DNA of 64,000 nucleotides, from assembly GCA_963789025.1 (NCBI GenBank), contig CAWBIT010000004.1, forward strand, positions 253,041 through 317,040. Direction: 5' to 3'. The notes under the pieces are model-generated. The model did not search any database. It had not been told where the DNA came from and saw only the letters and a program-made list of their open reading frames with translations. Position 1 is the first letter of the stretch; each line of letters opens with the position of its first letter. Position numbers and translations under genes: made by a program. Below, piece after piece: positions 28,160 to 36,821 of the stretch. The DNA comes from an uncultured Alphaproteobacteria bacterium (GTDB lineage Bacteria > Pseudomonadota > Alphaproteobacteria > ATCC43930 > CGMCC-115725).

Positions 28160-29314
28160 CTATCCCGCCGCCCGCGTTGGCGCATGGGCGAATGCCCGCG
28201 CGATCGCCTCATAGGCGGGCTTGGGCTTGAGGTCGGCATCGAAGGGCAAAGGCCGCGACGGCGAATCGTCGGCTCGCCACTTCGATTGATACGTCTCGCG
28301 CCGTACGATCCAGCTGTGCCTGTCCGATAAGCCCCACGTCACCACCATCTTGACCGCCGGCTCGTCGAGTGCAGCGTCCAGAAACCGGCTATAGGTATCC
28401 GCCACCAGCTGGTCCCGAATGGTGCGATCCGCGGGCGCGTGCTCGTCGGTGACATCGAGCTCGGTAATCTGGATCGTAAGGCCGAGATCCGCGATGTCCT
28501 TCAGAAGCTGCCGCAGGCGGGAAGCCGAAAACGGCGGTCCGCCGGCGCATGCCAGATGGGCCTGAATGCCAACCGCATCGACCGGCGTCCCGGACCGCTG
28601 CATTCGCTGAAGAAGATCGAGGAGCGCAACCCGGCGTGCTTCCTGCTCCGGCGCATCCAATTCGATATCGTATTCGTTGACGACGAGGCGTGCGGCGGGG
28701 TCGGCCTCGCGTGCGGTGCGATAAGCGAGATCGAGATAACCCGGCCCCATCATTTCGAGGAACACACCAATGCGCAGGCCGTCCGGCCTCCCGTCCTTGG
28801 GTTCGATCGGTTCGTTGACGACATCCCAGCTGTGAACCCTTCCGCGATAATGGCCTGCCAGACTGTGGATGCGCTCGACGATCGCGCTTTCCATTTGCCG
28901 CGGCGTTTCCAAATCAAAAAACCAGCTGGGAGTGCGGTGGTACCATAAGAGGTTGTGCCCGCGCAGAACGAAGCTATTTTTCAGCGCAAAATCTGCAATT
29001 GTGTCAGCGGGACCATAATCGTCGTCGCCGGGCTTGCCTCAATTCATGACCTGCCACTTCATCTCGTTCTCGGCGACAACGAGTCCGGCTTGCTGCAGCA
29101 CGAGCTCGACAAATTCGCGGTCGCCGGTGATCTGCGCCGCAGAAATGGTGGTCCCGTAGAGCAGCCCCTTTTCCGCCGCGAGCTTGCACAAGGCCAAGAT
29201 CTCTGCGGCATTGCCAGATAACGGTACCGCCAACCCGGTGCCGCACCCGATGGTCGCAAGGCCCGCGGCAATAAAATGCCGCCTATTCAGATGCCCAAAT
29301 TTGCAGCAACTCAT
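28160..29314 (-). pseudogene. Glycoside hydrolase family 10 (endo-1,4-beta-xylanase-like) gene interrupted by one in-frame TGA
   Basis: The N-terminal piece (29039-29314) has a TAT leader NRRHFIAAG and the AENEMKW motif. The C-terminal piece has WDVVNEP (acid/base) and ITELDV (nucleophile). Re-translation shows both are in the same frame, separated only by TGA at 29039-29041. Confidence 0.6.
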
Positions 29315-29506
29315 GAATTATTGAATTGACTCGACCGTTCGTATCCGCTCGCTGTCGGCGCGGTGTGCCCGCGCCGTTCCGATATTGCCATTGCGATCGG
29401 CTGCTTTTCGACATGATTCGGCGCTCGGCCTGCGCTACGGCGACGCACAGCACTCCTCAAAGGGTGCCTGAGACCTCTCTCCGCATCGCGGTCAGCTGGT
29501 CTTCCT

Positions 29507-31060
29507 TCAGACCGGTGTGGGGTCGATATTCGCGACGAAATCGCCGGCGCTCGCCGGAACGGTCGCCACTTCCGCTGCTGGCGGCGCCGCTGAAGGAACC
29601 CTCGACGGCGGCAGAATCACTGTTGCCGTCGTGCCGCGTCCCATTTCGCTCTTTAGCGCTAGCGAGCCGCCGTGGAGCTCGGCCAGCTTTCGAGCGAGCG
29701 GCAGTCCCAGACCGGAGCCTTCATTGCGACGGGCAAGTCCTCCGTCGACCTGGCCAAACCGCTCGAGGGCTGTTTCGACCTCGGCCTCTGTCATCCCACG
29801 GCCATTGTCCCGCACGACGAACGCGGCGCCGCCATCTTCTGTGCGCCGCACGAGGACGTTGATCGCCCCGCCAAGCTCGGTGAATTTGATCGCGTTCGAC
29901 AGCAGGTTGATCAGGATCTCCGTCAGCCGAGTCCGGTCGCCCGTTAGCGCGGGCATATCTTCTTCCACGTCGACGACAAATTTCAACAGGCCGGCGGCAG
30001 CGCGGTCCTTGACGAGGGTTAAGGCGCTGTCGACCAGCTTGCTCGGCTCGAGCATTTCTTCGTGCAGATCCAGCTTACCTGCGTCGATCCGCGCCAGATC
30101 GAGAATCTCGTTGATCAGGTGCAGAAGATGCTCGCCGCTCTGGCGGATGAGACCAACATATTCGGCTTGCCGCGACTGGAGCGGCCCGGCAATCCCATTC
30201 TCCAGGACCTCGGAGAAGCCGAGGATCGCGTTGAGTGGCGTGCGCAGCTTATGGCTCATATTGGCGAGGAACTGAGATTTGGCGATGTTGGCGGTCTCGG
30301 CGGCGGCTTTTGCTTCATGCACGGCTCGTTCGGCCAGAACCTTCTCGGTGATATCGCGAGCTGTCCCCCGATAGCCGAGAAACCGCCGCGCCTCATCAAA
30401 GAACGGGTTGCCGCCGACGGAAATCACGCGTTCAGGATCATCGCCGATCTTGCGTTTATAGACGAAATCACGGAAGGGTTCGTGCCGGTCCAGAACCGCC
30501 AGATGTTCCTGCCATTTGGCCGGTTCGCTGACGACGTCGAGTGCAAGCTCGGTGCGGGTTCGGCCGATGCGGGTTTGCGGATCCTGACCAAACGCACGAA
30601 TGTTATCGGACAGATAACTGAACCGATGCTTCTCATCGGCCTCCCAGAACCAGTCGGATGAAGTCAGAGCGAAATCGCGCCACCTGGCTTCGTTTTCGCG
30701 CAAAGTGGCCTCGGAGCGCTCGAGCAAGCGGGAGCGTGCCAACACTGTTCGGACCAAGAGCGCGAAACCGATCGCCCCGCAAAGCGTGCCGAGGGCGATA
30801 AACACCAATGGGCGACGCCAGTTCGCTAGCGCCGCCTCTTCCGCTGCCGAGACCGTCGCGATAAGGGGAAAATCGCGCGCGGGATGGAACGAGACGATAC
30901 GTGCGAGCCCGTCGACGTAGCCCCCACCACCTTCTTCGCGTCGATCCCAACCGGCGAAACTGGCGGTGATGACGATCACGATGAGCAGACCAATTCCGGC
31001 AAACGACAGATGTCGGCTGGCGCCGAAACGTTCCTTCTGCCGGTGGTTGTGTTTCACCAT
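29507..31060 (-). CDS. Membrane PAS-domain sensor histidine kinase (HisKA + HATPase_c), no adjacent regulator
   Basis: Two TM segments, a PAS-like region (WFWEADEKHRFSYLS...), H-box MSHKLRTPLNAILGF, N/G boxes (LLSNAIKFT, DNGRGM, GSGLGLPLA). Confidence 0.85.
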   Translation of the reverse strand: MVKHNHRQKERFGASRHLSFAGIGLLIVIVITASFAGWDRREEGGGGYVDGLARIVSFHPARDFPLIATVSAAEEAALANWRRPLVFIALGTLCGAIGFALLVRTVLARSRLLERSEATLRENEARWRDFALTSSDWFWEADEKHRFSYLSDNIRAFGQDPQTRIGRTRTELALDVVSEPAKWQEHLAVLDRHEPFRDFVYKRKIGDDPERVISVGGNPFFDEARRFLGYRGTARDITEKVLAERAVHEAKAAAETANIAKSQFLANMSHKLRTPLNAILGFSEVLENGIAGPLQSRQAEYVGLIRQSGEHLLHLINEILDLARIDAGKLDLHEEMLEPSKLVDSALTLVKDRAAAGLLKFVVDVEEDMPALTGDRTRLTEILINLLSNAIKFTELGGAINVLVRRTEDGGAAFVVRDNGRGMTEAEVETALERFGQVDGGLARRNEGSGLGLPLARKLAELHGGSLALKSEMGRGTTATVILPPSRVPSAAPPAAEVATVPASAGDFVANIDPTPV

Positions 31061-31105
31061 CCTCCGACGTTAGCCGAAGATGCTTATCAACAAATAAAGG
31101 GAAGT

Positions 31106-31945
31106 TCATCGAATATAACGTGATTTTGGCGAGTCGACATCCCGGTTTGATTGAAGACGCTCGATGTTCGCTTTGGCAGCCATGTCTGCCTGGCTGCCGG
31201 GAGCCAATTGCCCCACCCGCTCCCAATCTCGAAGGGCTCCCTCGTTATCGCCCTTCAGACGGCGGATGTTGCCGCGTTCCAGCACCGCCGGCGCGGAATT
31301 CGGCGCGCGCGCTATTGCCTTCTCGACATCGGCGAGCGCGGGGTCGAGCCGATCGAGGGCGCGGTTTGCCGAGGCGCGGTAGATCAGCGCGTCGACGCGC
31401 GACGGGTCCGCCTTCAAGACATGGTCGAGATCGGCTACTGCTTTGTCATAGTATCCCACCGATGCGGCCGCTTGCGCCCGGTCGATCAGCAGATCGAGGT
31501 CATTAGGCTCGAGGGCAACCGCCGCTCCGGCCGCCGCATAGGCGCGCGCCGGATCGCCAGCCAAGCCCCAGGCCTGCCCAGCCTGGTCGAGTACCTCGGC
31601 GCGCAACGCGGCCGGCGCCGTTATCGCTTGCGCCAGCGCTTCGAGGCGAACCGCCGCCTCCTTGTATTGCTTCAGGCCGATCAGTGCGACGGCGACGCAA
31701 TGATCGGCCGGATGCGCGCCGCCGCGCTCGTGCCAGCTCTGCCCGAGGCTGCGGGCCTCCACCGGATTTTGCCGGGCCAGCTTCATGCAGCGCTCATACG
31801 TCGCCGCCTCGGCCGCCGCGTCGCGTGGCGCAGCAGATTGCACGGGCGGCTCGGCTGCCGAGGCTTTCACCCACGCCACGAACAGCAGGCCGCACAACGC
31901 AAGAATCATCAAAGGATTGCGATTGCCCGAGGACAAGCTTATCAA
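31106..31945 (-). CDS. Exported tetratricopeptide-repeat protein
   Basis: Signal peptide LMILALCGLLFVAWVKASAAE followed by degenerate 34-residue Ala/Leu/Tyr-patterned repeats. Confidence 0.65.
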   Translation of the reverse strand: MISLSSGNRNPLMILALCGLLFVAWVKASAAEPPVQSAAPRDAAAEAATYERCMKLARQNPVEARSLGQSWHERGGAHPADHCVAVALIGLKQYKEAAVRLEALAQAITAPAALRAEVLDQAGQAWGLAGDPARAYAAAGAAVALEPNDLDLLIDRAQAAASVGYYDKAVADLDHVLKADPSRVDALIYRASANRALDRLDPALADVEKAIARAPNSAPAVLERGNIRRLKGDNEGALRDWERVGQLAPGSQADMAAKANIERLQSNRDVDSPKSRYIR

Positions 31946-31974
31946 CTCCCAGTTTGTTCAGCCGGAGGACGAGA

Positions 31975-33753
31975 ATGAGGGGATCGGTCGACCCGGTCGA
32001 GCATTCTCGAGGAAGTTCTGGCGGTGATCTGCTGAGAGGCCTCCGGCACTCCTGCGCCGTGGCCGGATTGGCCGCATGTCTTATGGCCGGCCTTCGAGCA
32101 GAGGCGGCCGCCCAAGTGATCCCCGAGACGCGCGGGCGCCCCTCCCCGCAGCTGCCGCCGGTTCAGCCGAGCCCATCCCCGCCGTCCAGTTTGACGGTGC
32201 CATTGCCGTCGCAGCCATCCGAAGGTGCACCGCTGGCGCAGGGCCCGCGGTTTGTCCTTCGCGATATCACGATCACCGGCAACACGGTCCTGGACCCAGC
32301 GGCGATCCGCGGTGTTGTCGACCCCTATCTCGGCAAGCCGGTGACCACCGCGGACCTCGAAGAAATTCGCCGGCAATTGACCTTGCTCTACATCAACCGC
32401 GGTTACATCAACTCGGGCGTGGTGATCCCGGATCAGAACGTTGTCAACGGCGTGGTTGCTTTTCGCGCCGTCGAAGGCCGGGTCAGCGGTATCGAGGTCA
32501 CCGGCACCGACCACTTCGATCCGGAATATTTCACCTCGCGCCTCGCCCGCGGCACCGAGCCTCCGTTTAATGTCGAGAATTTGGCTCGCGAGCAGCAAAT
32601 CCTGCTGCAAGACCCGCTGGTCAAGCGGCTCAACCTCGAGCTGCTGCCCGACCTCGAACCCGGCGAAGCGCGCCTTCATGCCGACGTTCTCGAGGGCAGC
32701 CGGTATTCGCTGAATGCTCAGATCGCCGATGATCAATCGCCGACCGTGGGCGCGGTGCGCGGTCAATTGCAGGGGTCATTCGCCAACATATTGGGTTTCG
32801 GCGATATTCTGAGCGCCCAATACGGCCGCAGCCAGGGTCTCAACGACGGGTATGTGGGTTATTCGGTGCCGATCGCCAGCGACGATACGCGGGTCAGCCT
32901 GCGCTACGACAAAAACGGCGTAGTGGTGATCACGCCGGAGCTCAGCCCGTTGAACACCACCAGTACCTTTTCGAGCATCGGTGTAGGGCTGAGCCGCCCC
33001 ATCTACCGAACCCCGGAAGAGACCTTTACGCTCGGCCTGAGCGTCGAAAGGCGGCAGCAGCAAACGTTTCTGCTCGGGATGCCGTTTCCCTTTACGGCCG
33101 GCGCCGAGCCCAACGGAAAGACGGTCGTGACGCCGGTGCGCCTCTACCAGGATTGGCTCGACCGTGACGCCGAGCACGCCTTTGCCGCCCGCTCGACGTT
33201 CAGCTTCGGGATCCAGACCTTGGGCGCCACCGTGATCGAGACGTCGCTTCCCGGCACTCCGACAGCGAAATTCTTCTCGTGGCTCGGCCAGGCACAGTAT
33301 GTGCGGCGGATCTACCAGGACTGGGAAATACTGCTCCGCTCCGACCTCCAGCTCGCCAACCGCCCGCTTTTTCAGATGGAGCAGATCGCGTTTGGCGGGC
33401 TCGGCTCGGTGCGTGGTTACCGCACCTATCTGACGATAACGGATGACGGATTTCTGGGATCAGCGGAATTGCGGGTCCCGGTCGGGCGGCTGCGGCTACC
33501 CTATCTCGCAGATTCGGATACCGCCGGAACCGTGCAAATCGTGCCGTTTTACGATTTTGCGAGGGCCTGGAACACCCTCCGGCCGACCCCGTATCCGCAG
33601 CAGATCTCGGGCGTCGGCGGCGGCGTGCGCTGGTATATCGGCTCCGGGATCACCGCGGAGTTCTATTACGCCAAAGCTCTGCGCCATGTCGATGTCGGCA
33701 ACTCGATCGAAGATCGCGGCATCTATTTCCGTCTAACCTCGGTCTTTTTTTAG
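31975..33753 (+). CDS. Two-partner-secretion transporter TpsB (ShlB/FhaC/HecB family, POTRA + beta-barrel)
   Basis: Start set at the ATG at 31975, preceded by GGAGGA. Signal peptide, a POTRA-like region (FVLRDITITGNTVL...LEEIRRQLTLLYINRGYINSGVVIPDQ) and a barrel ending ...GIYFRLTSVFF. Confidence 0.85.
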   Translation: MRGSVDPVEHSRGSSGGDLLRGLRHSCAVAGLAACLMAGLRAEAAAQVIPETRGRPSPQLPPVQPSPSPPSSLTVPLPSQPSEGAPLAQGPRFVLRDITITGNTVLDPAAIRGVVDPYLGKPVTTADLEEIRRQLTLLYINRGYINSGVVIPDQNVVNGVVAFRAVEGRVSGIEVTGTDHFDPEYFTSRLARGTEPPFNVENLAREQQILLQDPLVKRLNLELLPDLEPGEARLHADVLEGSRYSLNAQIADDQSPTVGAVRGQLQGSFANILGFGDILSAQYGRSQGLNDGYVGYSVPIASDDTRVSLRYDKNGVVVITPELSPLNTTSTFSSIGVGLSRPIYRTPEETFTLGLSVERRQQQTFLLGMPFPFTAGAEPNGKTVVTPVRLYQDWLDRDAEHAFAARSTFSFGIQTLGATVIETSLPGTPTAKFFSWLGQAQYVRRIYQDWEILLRSDLQLANRPLFQMEQIAFGGLGSVRGYRTYLTITDDGFLGSAELRVPVGRLRLPYLADSDTAGTVQIVPFYDFARAWNTLRPTPYPQQISGVGGGVRWYIGSGITAEFYYAKALRHVDVGNSIEDRGIYFRLTSVFF

Positions 33754-33786
33754 CGTGGCCACCGCAGGAGGTGTGTGCGGCCTGCG

Positions 33787-34533
33787 TCATCTTGCCTTGC
33801 TGGCTCCTGCGGTCTGGCGGTCGTACCTGGCCGGCTCGACCAGGCCGACCTCGTTCATCAGCGCATCCAAAGCGGCGTGCCGATCGAGGCCAGCCATCTC
33901 GGCGGCCGCAGCAACGGCGTCGTACCACAACCCGGCCTGCGCCAAGAGTGCGGCGCGACGGTCCGGCGGTGCAGCGCGCAGCGCGGCTGCGATTGTCGGC
34001 TCGGCAGTTGTGCGAACCAGGGAAGCGCTGGCGACGATGTCGCGCGAGCGCGCCTTGGGATTGAGGATGACCGACACCGACCAGGTATAGAGAACCCCCG
34101 GCTCCAATCGAACCGGATAGTCGGCGGTGCGGATGGAATACACGCCCGCCTCTCGCGGCGCAGGGATGTTGACCTCGAGTATCGGCTTGGGCTGGGTCGC
34201 GGCGCTGATCGTAAACTGGGTCGGCCAAGCGATCGGCTGCGACACAAAGAAATAGAGGGTCGGGGTCGCACTGGTCGTCAGACCGGTATGCTCGTCCGGA
34301 GCTAGAAGATCGATCGTCGGCAGCGGAACCGTCGCCTTTATGGTCCCCCGCGATGCACCGCCGACCCGGCCGCCGGGTGCGCCGCGCGGCGGCGGCTTGT
34401 AGGCCGGCTCCCCCGGCGGGGTTTCATCCTGGGCTGCTGGCGGTGCGTTGTTCTGCGCGAGCGCGGACGGCGGCGGCACCAGCCATATCGCTGCGATGGC
34501 GGCGGCCGCCAGCCTCCTAGTGAAGCACTGCAT
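33787..34533 (-). CDS. Exported DUF928-like protein
   Basis: Start at MQCFTRRLAAAAIAAIWLVPPPSALAQ (signal peptide) overlaps the CHAT stop (TGATG). The motifs YKPPPRGAPGGRVGGASRG and TPTLYFFV...GVLYTWSV match my recollection of DUF928; not verified by search. Confidence 0.6.
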   Translation of the reverse strand: MQCFTRRLAAAAIAAIWLVPPPSALAQNNAPPAAQDETPPGEPAYKPPPRGAPGGRVGGASRGTIKATVPLPTIDLLAPDEHTGLTTSATPTLYFFVSQPIAWPTQFTISAATQPKPILEVNIPAPREAGVYSIRTADYPVRLEPGVLYTWSVSVILNPKARSRDIVASASLVRTTAEPTIAAALRAAPPDRRAALLAQAGLWYDAVAAAAEMAGLDRHAALDALMNEVGLVEPARYDRQTAGASKAR

Positions 34534-36821
34534 CACAGCCAGTTGCCGATTAGCAGGAAGGGCGCCCAATAGGCCGGATGTGCATATCGCGGGTCGGCGG
34601 CCAGTGCGCGCTGGGCTCCTTGCAGCGCGTGGGCCTTCGACAGGGTGCCCGATTGCAGGCCACGGTAGAAGTCGACGACCAGTTCGCCGGCTGCCTTGTC
34701 GCTGATGTACCACAAGGTCGCGAGCGCACTGCGGGCTCCGGCTTTAAGAGCGACCCCGGCGAGGCCGAGCGCCGCCCGGTCGTCGCCGGAAGCCGTCTCG
34801 CACGCGCTCAGTATCAACAATTCGAGCGCCTTGTCGCGGCGTTCGCCGAATTTGATGTCCCGTTCCAGATCATCCATTGTCAGCTGACCATCGAAGGCAA
34901 GCACAAAGGTCTGGCTCGGGTCGTTGCCGAACTGTCCGTGCGAGGCGATGTGCACGATATTGTAAGGCACGCGCCTCAGCTCGGCCTCGAATCGCGCGCG
35001 GCTGAACTGGTCGTTGAGCAGCTCGTCTCCACCCTCGATTTCGTGCACCGCAGCGACTTCGGTGGCGACGTTGGGCAGATCGACATAACCCTGCACGCTT
35101 TTCGAGATGCCGAGCACAAGAGCCGTGCCGGGCGCTGCCTTCAAGGGTCTCGGATCGGTCAGGCGCATACTTGGGGCAATCGCCGTGGCATAGCGGTCCA
35201 TCAGGAACCCTTTGCCGTCGTGCAATGCCGCAAACGGGATCGTGCGCAACGTGTAATCGGGGACGATCACCAAAGTATCGATGTGGTGCGCGGCCAATAC
35301 CGGCTCCATTGGACGGATGAGCTGGTCGTAGAGCTGCCGCGCCGGCACCAGGTACTCGTTCGTCGTGCGCTTCTCCAGCAATTCGCGGAAGTGCTGAACC
35401 TCGTCGCGCAGGGTGATTTCGGGGATGGGGACGGTGAATTGCCGCTGCTCGTCGCCAAGGCTGACCAGCAGTTCGATCCGGTCCGGCAACGCAATCGGAT
35501 AGATTACCGCGGTGCCGGGGGCGATCGTCTCGATCGAGCGCTGCTTCGCCAGAAAGCTCGTGACGCAGGTGTCCCGGAAATAATCCTGCAGCTCGGTTTC
35601 CTTGAGTCGTTCGACGGTGTCGCGCGCTTCCCTGATCAGCGGCGCCGCCTGCGCCGGATCGGACGATGCCCGGCGCAACAGCAGGTCGCTGTATTCGAGG
35701 TAGACCGGGCCGAACGTGGTCAGGTACGAGGACCGGCCGTCGCGATACTCCACCGGGATGTCCTGACGCACCGATTGCAGTTCCGCGACCGCCCGGCGAT
35801 AGCTGGTCAGCGCCGCATCCGTCTCGCCGCGGCGCCGGGCGAGGCGCGCCCGCTGCCAGTCCCAGCGGAACGAAAGTTCGGGCGCTGAGGCTTGCTGGGC
35901 GGCAAACGCGGCCCGATCGGTCAAGTTCGCTGCTTCCTCCAGCCGGTTTTCCCGTTCGTAGAGCTGAGCCAGACCGCCTTGCGCCAATGACGAAAGGGTC
36001 GCGTTGTGGAGCGAGTCGGCGTTCCCCGCCGCGGCGCGGAAGGCGCGGGAAGCGACGGCTTGCGCATCGGCCGGGATGCTTCCTTCGCCCTCGAACACCG
36101 CGGAACCGGCCGAAACCAGGGCCATGCCGCGATTGTATGAAGGCGGCGACCGCTCGAGCGTGTCGACCGCTCGGGTTAGCAGTGCGGTCGCTTGGGTTGC
36201 ATCCTTGCGGCGCAGCGCGAGACGCGCGGCATTGGTTTCCGCAGTAGCGGCGAGCGCATCGTCATGCGCCGCTTCGGCGCTGGCTATCGCCTCGGCGTAA
36301 GCGGATGCGGCGTCTGCCGGACGTCCTGTCGAAGCGTAAAGATTGCCGAGGTCGTTGTTGCTCGCGGCGAGAATCGCAGGGTCGTGCAGTCGGCTGGCGA
36401 GGTCGCGCGCGCGTCTGAGCAACGGCTCGGCGACCGCAGTGCGGCGCGACATGAACGCCAGATTGCCGAGCGCTCCGCTGCTCGCCGCGATCAGTGGCTG
36501 GTCCCGGCTCTGCTCGGCCTTGGCAAGGGCGGCCTGAAGGTCGCTGCTGGCGTCGCGAAAATAACCCTCGACACGGTACGCCTCGCCGCGTCGCGCCAAG
36601 GCCTGAGCCTCGAGATCGGGGGCGACGTTGAGCCGGCACAAACGGATCGCCTCGGACCAAGCGCGGGTGGCCGCGACGATGTCCCCGGCACGAAAGGCCG
36701 CCGTCCCGCGCCCAAGGTAATCGAGTGCCGCGGCGCGGCCGCTCTCGACCTGCGCGGCCACCGGGGCAACGTAAAACAGAGACCCCGCTAGCAGCGCGGC
36801 CGGAAAGACGAGGCGGTTCAT
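34533..36821 (-). CDS. Exported TPR + CHAT-domain (caspase-fold) protease-like protein
   Basis: Signal peptide MNRLVFPAALLAGSLFYVAPVAAQ, N-terminal TPR-like repeats, and a C-terminal CHAT domain with His (VHIASHGQF) and Cys (LILSACETASG) of the catalytic dyad. The start overlaps the cyclase stop (ATGA). Confidence 0.85.
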   Translation of the reverse strand: MNRLVFPAALLAGSLFYVAPVAAQVESGRAAALDYLGRGTAAFRAGDIVAATRAWSEAIRLCRLNVAPDLEAQALARRGEAYRVEGYFRDASSDLQAALAKAEQSRDQPLIAASSGALGNLAFMSRRTAVAEPLLRRARDLASRLHDPAILAASNNDLGNLYASTGRPADAASAYAEAIASAEAAHDDALAATAETNAARLALRRKDATQATALLTRAVDTLERSPPSYNRGMALVSAGSAVFEGEGSIPADAQAVASRAFRAAAGNADSLHNATLSSLAQGGLAQLYERENRLEEAANLTDRAAFAAQQASAPELSFRWDWQRARLARRRGETDAALTSYRRAVAELQSVRQDIPVEYRDGRSSYLTTFGPVYLEYSDLLLRRASSDPAQAAPLIREARDTVERLKETELQDYFRDTCVTSFLAKQRSIETIAPGTAVIYPIALPDRIELLVSLGDEQRQFTVPIPEITLRDEVQHFRELLEKRTTNEYLVPARQLYDQLIRPMEPVLAAHHIDTLVIVPDYTLRTIPFAALHDGKGFLMDRYATAIAPSMRLTDPRPLKAAPGTALVLGISKSVQGYVDLPNVATEVAAVHEIEGGDELLNDQFSRARFEAELRRVPYNIVHIASHGQFGNDPSQTFVLAFDGQLTMDDLERDIKFGERRDKALELLILSACETASGDDRAALGLAGVALKAGARSALATLWYISDKAAGELVVDFYRGLQSGTLSKAHALQGAQRALAADPRYAHPAYWAPFLLIGNWL

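Noticed and set aside
29039-29041. In-frame TGA in the GH10 gene as selenocysteine or programmed read-through
   Set aside because: Glycoside hydrolases are not known selenoproteins. The position is not a catalytic or redox site. I see no convincing SECIS-like hairpin just downstream. A nonsense mutation or base-call error is more parsimonious.
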